Positions 52,225-61,050 of a stretch of 64,000 nucleotides of DNA are shown here, in pieces. The DNA comes from an uncultured Actinomycetes bacterium (GTDB lineage Bacteria; Actinomycetota; Thermoleophilia; RBG-16-64-13), in contig CAVPLM010000005.1 in assembly GCA_963706025.1 (NCBI GenBank), positions 1,120,001 through 1,184,000 on the forward strand, read 5' to 3'. The stretch's first letter is position 1, and the number at the start of each line of letters is the position of its first letter. A program made the translations under genes and the position numbers. The notes below the pieces were generated by a model that had not been told where the DNA came from, ran no database searches, and worked only from the letters and a program-made list of their open reading frames with translations.

Positions 52225-54168
52225 CCAGCTCGCCCGCGGGCGGAGCGTCACCATCGTCTGATGCATCGCCGCCCCGTCACCGATGTCGGTCAGGGCGGCT
52301 TCGCGCAGCTGATTGACGCCGCTCAGGTCGCCCTTCCAGAGCGCAGGGTTGAAAAGCAACACGTCCCGGCGCACCAACTCGTCGGCGGCCACCCGAACCT
52401 TGACTCTGCCGACTTTGCTCACCACCCAGGCCTCACCACCATCGGCAAGGCCCTGCTCGGCAAGAACCGCCGGGTTGACCCGCACGACCGGACCCTCGGG
52501 CACATCGCCCGGCAAGACCTGGGAGTTGAGCGTTCTGAGCGTCTTCGTGGCGACAAGGTGTAGAGCTTCACCGTCAGCGACCGCAGCCGGGGTGAACTCG
52601 CCGACAAACTCGAACTTCCCGGACGGCGTGGCGAATTCGCGGTTCGCAAACGGCACCGCGACTGCCCTCGGGTTTCGTCGCGGCCTTTCCCGCAGCATGT
52701 CGAGCGTCAGCCCGGATTCCTCCAGGGGCTTGAGCGCCCGGGCCGCCCATTCCGACATCTCGCCCGCCAGGACCCGCCCAAAGCCCAACCGCTCCGCCAG
52801 CAACTGCAGGATCTCGCCGTCGCTCTTCGTTTCCCCCTGCGGGGGCACGACTTCTCTGGTCAATCCCAGCCAGTTGTGGCCATAGGCATCCACCAAGTCG
52901 TCCATTTCCAGGTAGGTCGTGCAGGGGAGGACCAGGTCGGCCAGCTCTGCGGTCGCCGTCATGAACTGCTCGACGACGACCAGGAACTCCAGCGAGCGCA
53001 GCCCCTCCTTGACCCGATTCGTGTCCGGCGCAGTGCTGGCCGGGTTGGCGCCCGCTATCCAGCCCATCTTGAGCGGCGGATCCTTGGCGCCAAGAATACC
53101 CTCGCCCAACCGGGGCAGCAGAACGGCTCTGCGCTCCACCGACGGTACCTCGCCGCCCGCGGTGAGATCCAAGCCGCGAGCACCCATCATGTTGGTGCCC
53201 GCGCCGCCGCCGGGAACGCCGATGTTGCCGCTGATGGCGGCGAGAGCGTCGATCAGCCGTACTGTAGCGCCGCCATTTTCCCAATACGATGGACCCAGGC
53301 CTACGAGCGTGGCCAGAGGCTTCTTCTCCGCATACAGTTGGGCGAGATCGGCGATCTGCTCCGCCGTCAGGTCGGTGGCGGCCATGACCTGCTGCATACT
53401 GTGCGAGAAGACCAGTTCCCGGTAGGCTGCGAAGCCACGGCTGTGGTCGTCGATGAACGCAGCATCAACACGCTCGCTCTCAAGGAGCAGGCGAGCGACC
53501 CCAATGGCCAGCATTCCGTCGCTGCCCGGTCGGATCTGGTAGAAGCGGTCGGCCTTCTGCGCTATCGAGCAGCGCACCGGATCGATCACCACCAGCGGCG
53601 CGCCTTTCTTCCGCGCCTCGTCGATGAAGGCCATCCAGTGATGATGCGTCACGGGGACGTTCTTGCCCCAGACGGCAAAGGCGGCGCTGTTGACCAGATC
53701 CTCGGGCTCATGTGTGTCGTCGCCGCCGAAGTCGAGGTTCTGAGCCGCTTCGTTCGCTTCAATGCTCAAGCCACCTACGCTGAAGGTCGCTCCACCAAAG
53801 TGGGACCAGAAGTGGCGGCCCAGCGCCTGGGCCGCCTGGCCGCGCACTGCCGAGTAGTTGACCACCAACACAGAAAGGGGACCGAAGGTGCTGCGGTAGT
53901 GCGTGAGCCTCTCGGCGACGAGCTCGAGGGCGTCGTCCCAGGATAGACGCTGCCACCCGTTCTCGGTGCGTCGCAGCGGATAGAGCAGGCGGCTTGGATC
54001 GTAGAAGCGTTTGAGATAGTTGTTTCCGCGCCAGCAAAGGACCCCACGGGTGACCCCGTGGGCGGGGTCGCCTCTGTGGCTGACTATCTTCCCGTCTTCC
54101 ACAGTCGCAATGACGCCGCAGGAGTCGGGGCAGTCACGGTAACAGGTGGTGCGCTTCTCTTCCTTCAT
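52201..54168 (-). CDS. Molybdopterin (bis-PGD) oxidoreductase, uncharacterised family
   Basis: TCYRDCPDSC, LCWRG, SWDDAL, IDP, PGSDG, ADLVLP, FATPSGK. Confidence 0.88.
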   Translation of the reverse strand: MKEEKRTTCYRDCPDSCGVIATVEDGKIVSHRGDPAHGVTRGVLCWRGNNYLKRFYDPSRLLYPLRRTENGWQRLSWDDALELVAERLTHYRSTFGPLSVLVVNYSAVRGQAAQALGRHFWSHFGGATFSVGGLSIEANEAAQNLDFGGDDTHEPEDLVNSAAFAVWGKNVPVTHHHWMAFIDEARKKGAPLVVIDPVRCSIAQKADRFYQIRPGSDGMLAIGVARLLLESERVDAAFIDDHSRGFAAYRELVFSHSMQQVMAATDLTAEQIADLAQLYAEKKPLATLVGLGPSYWENGGATVRLIDALAAISGNIGVPGGGAGTNMMGARGLDLTAGGEVPSVERRAVLLPRLGEGILGAKDPPLKMGWIAGANPASTAPDTNRVKEGLRSLEFLVVVEQFMTATAELADLVLPCTTYLEMDDLVDAYGHNWLGLTREVVPPQGETKSDGEILQLLAERLGFGRVLAGEMSEWAARALKPLEESGLTLDMLRERPRRNPRAVAVPFANREFATPSGKFEFVGEFTPAAVADGEALHLVATKTLRTLNSQVLPGDVPEGPVVRVNPAVLAEQGLADGGEAWVVSKVGRVKVRVAADELVRRDVLLFNPALWKGDLSGVNQLREAALTDIGDGAAMHQTMVTLRPRASWSDDPFRS

Positions 54169-54361
54169 CGGCTACTCCGTGGCCCCCTCGCGCGCCAGAA
54201 TCCCAGGTCGATGGAGCTGATCATCGCATCATACCTCTGGACTCCATCCGATAGCGCCACCAACAGCCGAGCTTTTGACAAGCACCGGCGCCCGGCCCAA
54301 AATGGTCTCTCTTAGCTGGGTGGCGATCACCGTCAAGCCAGGAAGGAAAGAGGTATGCACC

Positions 54362-56122
54362 ATGGCAGCGAAGACAGCGATACCGCGAGCACAGGAAGGT
54401 CCGGAAATACCGTTTGTCGACGGGATCCCCCTGCCGCCGCCGGTCAGGCCGGTCATTATCCTGAGCGGCTCCGACTATCAGATCGGGTACCAGTACTTCC
54501 AGCAGCTCGTGGAGATATACGGCACCTGGATACCAGCCCATAAATGGGGATACCTGTACTTCTGTACTCCGTTACATCGGGAGGAGTTCTCGGCGGAGGA
54601 GAAGGCGGCGCTCGGGGAGTTCGAATCTTGTATCAGCAAGCACACCCCGGAGTGGATCGACATCTTGAATGGGATGGCAGCCGGCGCGACCGAGGCCAGC
54701 ATCCCCGTCACCTATGCCGATCTACTCGCCTTTTTCGTCCTCTATGAGGAACTGTGTCCCTTGTCGCCAGACGCGTCGTTGGTGGTCCCTGACCCTCCGC
54801 TTGAAGGCGGCGACAAGAAACCTGGGCCGGCATGCAGCGGGTTCGCGGCCTGGGGAAAGGCCACCAAGGACGGCGGGCTTCTCTGCGCGGGAAATGGCGA
54901 TGACAACGCGGGGTTCTTCGCGAGTACCGTGATGGTGTTCCCCGAGACGGGCAACAACTTCATCGCCTCCCCCTACAATATGCCTGGATTCGGCGGGTTT
55001 CCTTCACATCCGGGCATGAACAACAAGGGCGTGGTCCACGTTCATCACGGCACCGGGACCTTTGCCATCCCCAAATGGGGCTACACGGTGCCCCGGGGCA
55101 TGGCCGACATGCATATTCTCCGATTCGCGAACACAGCCCAGGAAGCGGCGGATATGCATCTCGGCTACCCGCCGGCCGTCAACTACAAAGAAGGCAACTT
55201 CTTGGCAGACGTGGGCGGGGACGCGATCGTCATCGAGAGTCGGGATCCGACGGTCATCCGCAGAGCGGGATACATGGGCGAGACCGACTTCCTCTATGCC
55301 ACCAACAACTATCAGTCAAAGGAGATGGGGAACGAAGAGCAGCAGGACTATCTCCCCCACGGTGGGTGGATCAGCAGAGCTCTTTCGGGAGATATGGATC
55401 TCACAGCCTGGTCGGTATCCCGGAACTTGTTCATGTGGAACATGCTCCACAACTATCAGGGTAAGGTCGACCTCGAATTCGCGAAGATGATGTACAGATT
55501 CCCCAGCGCGATCACTCATCCCACCCTGGAAGCTGCGGATGCCGCGTACCTACAGGAGAAGGGTAGAAGCTACCAAGCGCGGATAGGGAGCCTGGATAAC
55601 TCGGTCATCGGCATCGCAGTGCCGGATGATGGCGACAACGGTTCGTACTACCTATGCTCCGGACCCGCCACCAGGGCCACCGGTCCTGCTATGCCGACAC
55701 TGCACAACTACGCCCCGGGGCAGACCTACTCGTTCTACGAGCTCAAGCTGGCCTCCAGCCCGCGCGGGGTCGCAGAAGCGGCCTTGGGCCGGGCGCGGTA
55801 TGACCTGTACTACGCGAACACGGCGCTGGCGAAGCTGACGTACGCCGAGGCGGCGCCCCTCGAGGGGGCGTTCGACAAGGCTAAGACCGAGTACTTCAAG
55901 GGCCATTACTATCTCAATGCTGTTCTGGCCGGCAGAGTCAGCGGCGAGAGAGAATCCGTGTCCCACTACGCGAAGGCGACCAGGGCGTTCACCCGCTGCC
56001 AGGTCTACGCGAAGCAGGTGCGCGAGGCGATCGTTCCCCCGCCAAGCAAGCCCGAAGACCTTGGTCTGAGGCCATGGCTCGGGGAGTGGGGTGACTGGGA
56101 CGCCCTTTTTGAAGACGAGTAG
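54362..56122 (+). CDS. Ntn-hydrolase, peptidase C45 / acyl-CoA:6-APA acyltransferase-like
   Basis: LSGSDYQIGYQY, ACSGFAAWGKATKDG (autocleavage Cys), GMNNKGV, ATNNY. Confidence 0.7.
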   Translation: MAAKTAIPRAQEGPEIPFVDGIPLPPPVRPVIILSGSDYQIGYQYFQQLVEIYGTWIPAHKWGYLYFCTPLHREEFSAEEKAALGEFESCISKHTPEWIDILNGMAAGATEASIPVTYADLLAFFVLYEELCPLSPDASLVVPDPPLEGGDKKPGPACSGFAAWGKATKDGGLLCAGNGDDNAGFFASTVMVFPETGNNFIASPYNMPGFGGFPSHPGMNNKGVVHVHHGTGTFAIPKWGYTVPRGMADMHILRFANTAQEAADMHLGYPPAVNYKEGNFLADVGGDAIVIESRDPTVIRRAGYMGETDFLYATNNYQSKEMGNEEQQDYLPHGGWISRALSGDMDLTAWSVSRNLFMWNMLHNYQGKVDLEFAKMMYRFPSAITHPTLEAADAAYLQEKGRSYQARIGSLDNSVIGIAVPDDGDNGSYYLCSGPATRATGPAMPTLHNYAPGQTYSFYELKLASSPRGVAEAALGRARYDLYYANTALAKLTYAEAAPLEGAFDKAKTEYFKGHYYLNAVLAGRVSGERESVSHYAKATRAFTRCQVYAKQVREAIVPPPSKPEDLGLRPWLGEWGDWDALFEDE

Positions 56123-56236
56123 GGAGCGATTCGCCGGCGAAGCGCTGGACTTGTGAAGGTAGCGAGGCGCCGGCCATTGCGCCCGCGCCTTGCGTGCCGT
56201 ACCCTATCCGTCCCCAGCGCGCGGAGGTAATCATCG

Positions 56237-56446
56237 TTGAAAGGGCATATCCAGATAGACAAAGAGCGCTGCAAAGGCTGCACCCTTTGTATTGAGTTCT
56301 GTCCGAAGGAGAGCATTCTCCTTTCCGAGGAACTGAATCTCAAAGGCTATTTCGTCGCCGCCTTTGACGCTGAAGAGGAATGCACCGGTTGCGGCAACTG
56401 CGCCGTCATGTGCCCCGAAGTTGCCATCGAGGTGGAGAGAAGATGA
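56237..56446 (+). CDS. 2x[4Fe-4S] ferredoxin-like delta subunit of 2-oxoacid:ferredoxin oxidoreductase
   Basis: CKGCTLCIEFCP, CTGCGNCAVMCP; GGAGG RBS, TTG start. Confidence 0.85.
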   Translation: MKGHIQIDKERCKGCTLCIEFCPKESILLSEELNLKGYFVAAFDAEEECTGCGNCAVMCPEVAIEVERR

Positions 56447-57522
56447 AACGTCTGATGAGCGGGAATACCGCATTGGGTGAGGCAGCGGTGCTTTCTGGAT
56501 GCACCTGCTACTTCGGGTATCCCATCACCCCTCAGAACGAGCTTACGGAGTACATGGCAAAGAGGATGGCCGACGTGGGCGGAGTCTTCATCCAGTCCGA
56601 GAGCGAGATCGCCGCCATCAACATGGTCCTCGGCGCGTCGGTGGCAGGAGCACGGGCCATGACCTCGTCGAGCGGCCCCGGCATCAGTCTCAAGCAGGAA
56701 GGCATCTCCTATCTCGCCGCCGACGAGCTTCCCGCCGTCATCGTCAATATCGTTCGGGGCGGCCCCGGCATGGGAAACATCTCGCCGTCACAGTCGGACT
56801 ACTTCCAGGCGACGCGTGGGGGCGGCCATGGTGATTACAAGACCATCGTCCTTGCTCCAGCGTCCGTCCAGGAACTGACAGAGCTCGTGCCTCTCGCCTT
56901 CGACCTCGCCGAGAAATACCGCAATCCTGTAATCATCCTCGGCGATGGCATGCTCGGACAGATGATGGAGCCTGTCGACTTCGACCTCCTGAAACGTCCC
57001 CCCGACTGTGAGAAGGACTACATTCTGACGGGAGCCAAAGACAGACCGGCCCGGAAGGTCCACTCCCTGATCTTCGACACCAAACTTCAGGAAGAACACA
57101 ACTGGAAACTCTTCCGGAAGTTCCAGCGCATGGAACAGAATGAGGCCCGATACGAGACGTATTTGACCGACGACGCGGAAATGGTCGTCGTTGCTTACGG
57201 CATGGGCGCCCGGATCGTCAAGGGCGCTATCAAGAGACTCCGCGAGGAGAACCTGAAGGTCGGTCTGCTCAGGCCCATCACGCTCTGGCCCTTTCCCGGG
57301 AAGGCCCTGCAGGAGATGGCGAAAACCGTGAGCGATTTCTTCGTCTTCGAGATGAGTGCCGGTCAGATGGTGGAGGACGTAAGGCTTTCGCTGGAAGGGA
57401 AAGGGCACGTCCATTTCTACGGAAGGCCCGGGGGCGTCATCCCGATGCCTATCGAGCTCTCCAGGATCATTTCGCGCCATTACTACCAGGCACAGGCCGG
57501 CGGTGAGAGAAGGAAGCAATGA
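56443..57522 (+). CDS. vorB: 2-oxoacid:ferredoxin oxidoreductase alpha subunit (VorB-like)
   Basis: GYPITPQNE, QSESEIAA, TSSSGPGISLKQE, RGGPG. Confidence 0.88.
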   Translation: MKRLMSGNTALGEAAVLSGCTCYFGYPITPQNELTEYMAKRMADVGGVFIQSESEIAAINMVLGASVAGARAMTSSSGPGISLKQEGISYLAADELPAVIVNIVRGGPGMGNISPSQSDYFQATRGGGHGDYKTIVLAPASVQELTELVPLAFDLAEKYRNPVIILGDGMLGQMMEPVDFDLLKRPPDCEKDYILTGAKDRPARKVHSLIFDTKLQEEHNWKLFRKFQRMEQNEARYETYLTDDAEMVVVAYGMGARIVKGAIKRLREENLKVGLLRPITLWPFPGKALQEMAKTVSDFFVFEMSAGQMVEDVRLSLEGKGHVHFYGRPGGVIPMPIELSRIISRHYYQAQAGGERRKQ

Positions 57523-58262
57523 AGACAACCCAGACGAGACCGAAGCTTCTGAAAGAGGCGCACTTCCATTACTGCCCCGGATGCGGTCACGGCATCATCA
57601 ACCGCCTTCTTATGGAAGTGCTCGAAGAGATGGACCTTCAGGGGGAAGCCATATGCGTCGCTCCCGCCGGGTGCGGCATGCTTCTCTACAACTACTTTGA
57701 GATCGATGTCCTCGAGTCGGCGCACGGCCGCGGAGCCGCCGTGGCGACCGGGATCAAACGGGTAAGACCTGAGAACCTGGTCTTCTCCTATCAGGGTGAC
57801 GGCGATCTTGCCGCTATCGGCACCGCTGAAGGGTTCCACGCCGCCAACAGGGGGGAAAACATCACGGTGATCTTCGTGAATAACGGCGTATACGGCATGA
57901 CAGGCGGCCAGATGGCGCCGACCACACTGCTCGATCAAGTGACAACAACCACCCCGAAAGGGCGGGACTCCGTTATTGCCGGTCATCCGGTCAGGATCTG
58001 CGAAGTGTTTTCCATGCTCGACGGCGCGACCTATCTTGAACGCGTCGCAGTCAACAAGCCCGCGGCCGTTCGTAAGACGAAAAAAGCCATTGCCAAGGCA
58101 TTCCAGCGACAGCTTGACGGGTGCGGCTTTTCCCTGGTCGAGATACTTTCCCCCTGTCCGACAAACTGGAAGATGGGCCCTCGTGAGGCCTGCGGGTGGA
58201 TCGATGAAGTCATGAGTAAGCAATTCCCGTTGGGTGTCTTCAAAGAGGTGCCATGCTCATAA
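57519..58262 (+). CDS. 2-oxoacid:ferredoxin oxidoreductase beta (TPP-binding) subunit
   Basis: YCPGCGHG, HGR, QGDGD, NNGVYGMTGGQ, SPCPTNW. Confidence 0.9.
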   Translation: MKTTQTRPKLLKEAHFHYCPGCGHGIINRLLMEVLEEMDLQGEAICVAPAGCGMLLYNYFEIDVLESAHGRGAAVATGIKRVRPENLVFSYQGDGDLAAIGTAEGFHAANRGENITVIFVNNGVYGMTGGQMAPTTLLDQVTTTTPKGRDSVIAGHPVRICEVFSMLDGATYLERVAVNKPAAVRKTKKAIAKAFQRQLDGCGFSLVEILSPCPTNWKMGPREACGWIDEVMSKQFPLGVFKEVPCS

Positions 58263-58807
58263 GGACCATATTCTCGGGATTCGGAGGGCAGGGCGTTCTC
58301 TCCATGGGATCGACGCTGGCTACCGCGGCCATGCTCGAAGGAAGATACGTCACCTACCTGCCGACCTACGGCGTTGAGGTGCGGGGCGGCACGGCCAACT
58401 GCACGGTCGTCGTCTCCGACGAGGAAATCGCTTCTCCTGTGGCGTCTGAGCCGGAATACCTCGTTGCCATGAACCAGCCGTCCTTCGCCCGGTTCCAGAG
58501 TATCCTCCAGGCCGGAGGTCTTCTCTGCGCCAACTCGTCTCTCGTCAACACCGATTCGGCGCGGAGCGACATCGAGATCCTCGCGATCCCCACCAGCGAG
58601 CTGGCGGAAGAACTGGGCACCATCAAGGTGGCCAATATGATCATGCTCGGGGCCCTCGTCAGGGCAAGCAACATGATCTCCTATGACGCCATGCTGGAAA
58701 ACCTCGTGGAGATACTCGGCGAAGGCAAAGCGAGACTCATAGAACTCAACAGGGAAGCCCTGGGGTTGGGATACAACTACGCAAAGGATAGGGCGTATGG
58801 TCATTAA
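58253..58807 (+). CDS. 2-oxoacid:ferredoxin oxidoreductase gamma subunit
   Basis: GFGGQG, YGVEVRGG, NMIMLGA. Confidence 0.9.
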   Translation: MLIRTIFSGFGGQGVLSMGSTLATAAMLEGRYVTYLPTYGVEVRGGTANCTVVVSDEEIASPVASEPEYLVAMNQPSFARFQSILQAGGLLCANSSLVNTDSARSDIEILAIPTSELAEELGTIKVANMIMLGALVRASNMISYDAMLENLVEILGEGKARLIELNREALGLGYNYAKDRAYGH

Positions 58808-59225
58808 GCAGTTGTCCGTGAGCCTCGACAATGTACCGGGGAGCCTCTCCACCGTCAGCGAGATCTTGGGGCGAGAAGGGGTGAATATCAGGGCCATCTC
58901 CGTGGCCGATACCTCCGATATCAGTACGGTCCGCTTTGTCGTGGATGACCCGGAGAAGGCAAAGAACATCCTCACCGGCAACGGCTACAATCCCAAAGAG
59001 ACCGGTGTGCTCGCCGTTGAGACGCCAGACCATCCGGGCGGCATGAACGCCGTGCTGAAGCCACTCAAGGCCGCCGGTATTAATGTCCACTACCTCTATC
59101 CCCACCTGGGAAGGATCGACAACAACGCTATCGTCATCCTTGGCGTGGATAGGACGGAAGAGGCCCAGAAAGTGCTGGCGCAGAACTGGGTCAAGACCCT
59201 GGGGCGCGACGTCTACAACGTCTAA
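58797..59225 (+). CDS. Tandem ACT-domain protein
   Basis: QLSV.LDNVPG.L...GVNIRA; PDHPGGM. Confidence 0.85.
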   Translation: MVIKQLSVSLDNVPGSLSTVSEILGREGVNIRAISVADTSDISTVRFVVDDPEKAKNILTGNGYNPKETGVLAVETPDHPGGMNAVLKPLKAAGINVHYLYPHLGRIDNNAIVILGVDRTEEAQKVLAQNWVKTLGRDVYNV

Positions 59226-59231
59226 GTCCTG

Positions 59232-60011
59232 CTACTGAGCGATGAACCCGCCGTCGATCACCAGTTCGGTTCCGGTGCTGAACCTGGACTCGTCGGAGGC
59301 TAGGTAGAGCACGCCGTAGGCGACATCGATGGGGTCGCCGTAGTGACCCAGAGGTACGTGGCTCAGTATCCGCTTGTGGAACTCCTCCGGTCCCTCGGTC
59401 GCGTTCTTGCCGACCTCCTCCAGCATGGGCGTCCAGAGCCAGCCGGGGTGAATGGAGTTGACCCTGATCTTGTCTTTGGCGTAGCAGAGCGCGTCCGATT
59501 TGGTCATCAAGCGCACGGCGCCTTTGGCCGCGTGGTAGAGAAAAGGCGGGGGAACGTCCATCCCGCCGACGATGCCGTAGACGGAAGAGATGTTGACGAT
59601 GCTGCCTCCGCCTCCCCGCATCATGAAGGGCACGGCATGCTTCGTGCAGAGAAAGACTCCCCTGGCGTCCACGTTGAGGATCTGGTCCCATTCGGCGATG
59701 GTGATCTCGTGAGTGGGTTTGGGCGCCCCGGTGATGCCGGCGTTGTTCACCAGGATATCGATGCGCTGACGGCTGGCGAATATACTCGCGCAGACCTGCT
59801 TGATCTCATCTTCCGAGGTGACGTCCATGTGGAAGTACTGGGCCGAGCCACCGCGGCTCTTGATCTCCTCGGCCACTCCCGTTCCCATCTCGTCCTGGAT
59901 GTCGGTGACCGCCACCCAGGCTCCTTCAGTGGCCAACAACATGCACGTGGCCTTGCCCAGGCCCGTGGAGCCACCGGTCACAATAGCTACTCTGTCCTGC
60001 ACCCTGCCCAC
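59232..60011 (-). CDS. Short-chain dehydrogenase/reductase
   Basis: TGGSTGLG, NNAG, NISS, YHAAK, IRVNSIHPG, DGG. Confidence 0.92.
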   Translation of the reverse strand: MGRVQDRVAIVTGGSTGLGKATCMLLATEGAWVAVTDIQDEMGTGVAEEIKSRGGSAQYFHMDVTSEDEIKQVCASIFASRQRIDILVNNAGITGAPKPTHEITIAEWDQILNVDARGVFLCTKHAVPFMMRGGGGSIVNISSVYGIVGGMDVPPPFLYHAAKGAVRLMTKSDALCYAKDKIRVNSIHPGWLWTPMLEEVGKNATEGPEEFHKRILSHVPLGHYGDPIDVAYGVLYLASDESRFSTGTELVIDGGFIAQ

Positions 60012-60055
60012 GCGCTCCTCCTAGGTGGAAGATTCCATAACTCGTCTCCAGAGTA

Positions 60056-61012
60056 TCAGACCGCCGGCCCGCAGCCCTGCTCCCACTCCTCCATGATCGC
60101 CTCGACCGGGATGCCATCGGGGTCCCTGACGTACATGTACCAGTAGGTGCCCTTCATCTCTCCCTGGAGCAGGGCGAAATGAGGGCGATGCATGAACTCG
60201 AGCCCTTCGCTCAGGAAGTGGTCGGCAAGGGCGTGGATGTCGTCGCACACGTGGGCCAACTCGAACATGCCGAAATCACCCCACATCGCATTGAGGGGCA
60301 CCGATCTCCCTCGGGATCTCGAGATCTCGTAGAGCTCGAGCATGTCGCCCCCATTGCTGTTGGCCAGGAGGCAGGAAAGAACTTGAGTGCCGCTCTCGCC
60401 CGAGATCTCACCTACCAGCCCGGAGAACTCATCATGTGGTCCCAACACCACCGTGTCGTAGCCCAGATGTCTCTTGTAGAACCCGAGGGAGCGCTCAAGG
60501 TCCGTCACACTTATTCCCAAGCTGCAGATGTGCTCCCTTTTCAACCTGGAGCTCGACGCGAACTCCAGCAAGTTGCCCTCCGGGTCTCTGGCATAGACGA
60601 AACCATAGTCGCCCCCACCGGGTATCGTTGCCGACTTCGGCGCAGATACAAAAGCGAGCCTATCCCTGTTGCCGGCATAGAACTCCTCCACATCGGCCAC
60701 TGCGGTCGTCAGTTTGTTCACCCCGATATCGCCGAACCTGATGTCTCTGCGAAGGGGGCGCGGGGCGGGACTGTGCATCTGGACGAGCTCGACGATGATG
60801 CCGTCTTCTTCCTGCCTGATCATGGAAGCGCTGAGCACATGAGGCTGATCCCGAAAGAAGTCGGGGACGGGGTTCGGAAGCTCGACCCAATCGGCGTACA
60901 CCTTGGTGCATCTCATCGCCTGCACGTAGAAGGCCCTCATCGCGTCCAGGTCTCTCGTGCCTATCGCCATGTGATGGATTCCCTCCACCTTTACGCCACC
61001 GACACATGCCAT
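60056..61012 (-). CDS. VOC/glyoxalase family protein (two domains)
   Basis: IHHMAI, RDPEGNLLE, RDPDGIPVE repeated domains. Confidence 0.8.
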   Translation of the reverse strand: MACVGGVKVEGIHHMAIGTRDLDAMRAFYVQAMRCTKVYADWVELPNPVPDFFRDQPHVLSASMIRQEEDGIIVELVQMHSPAPRPLRRDIRFGDIGVNKLTTAVADVEEFYAGNRDRLAFVSAPKSATIPGGGDYGFVYARDPEGNLLEFASSSRLKREHICSLGISVTDLERSLGFYKRHLGYDTVVLGPHDEFSGLVGEISGESGTQVLSCLLANSNGGDMLELYEISRSRGRSVPLNAMWGDFGMFELAHVCDDIHALADHFLSEGLEFMHRPHFALLQGEMKGTYWYMYVRDPDGIPVEAIMEEWEQGCGPAV

Positions 61013-61050
61013 GAACGTCCTCCTTCCAGGCCTCGCGGCCGCGCTTGGGA

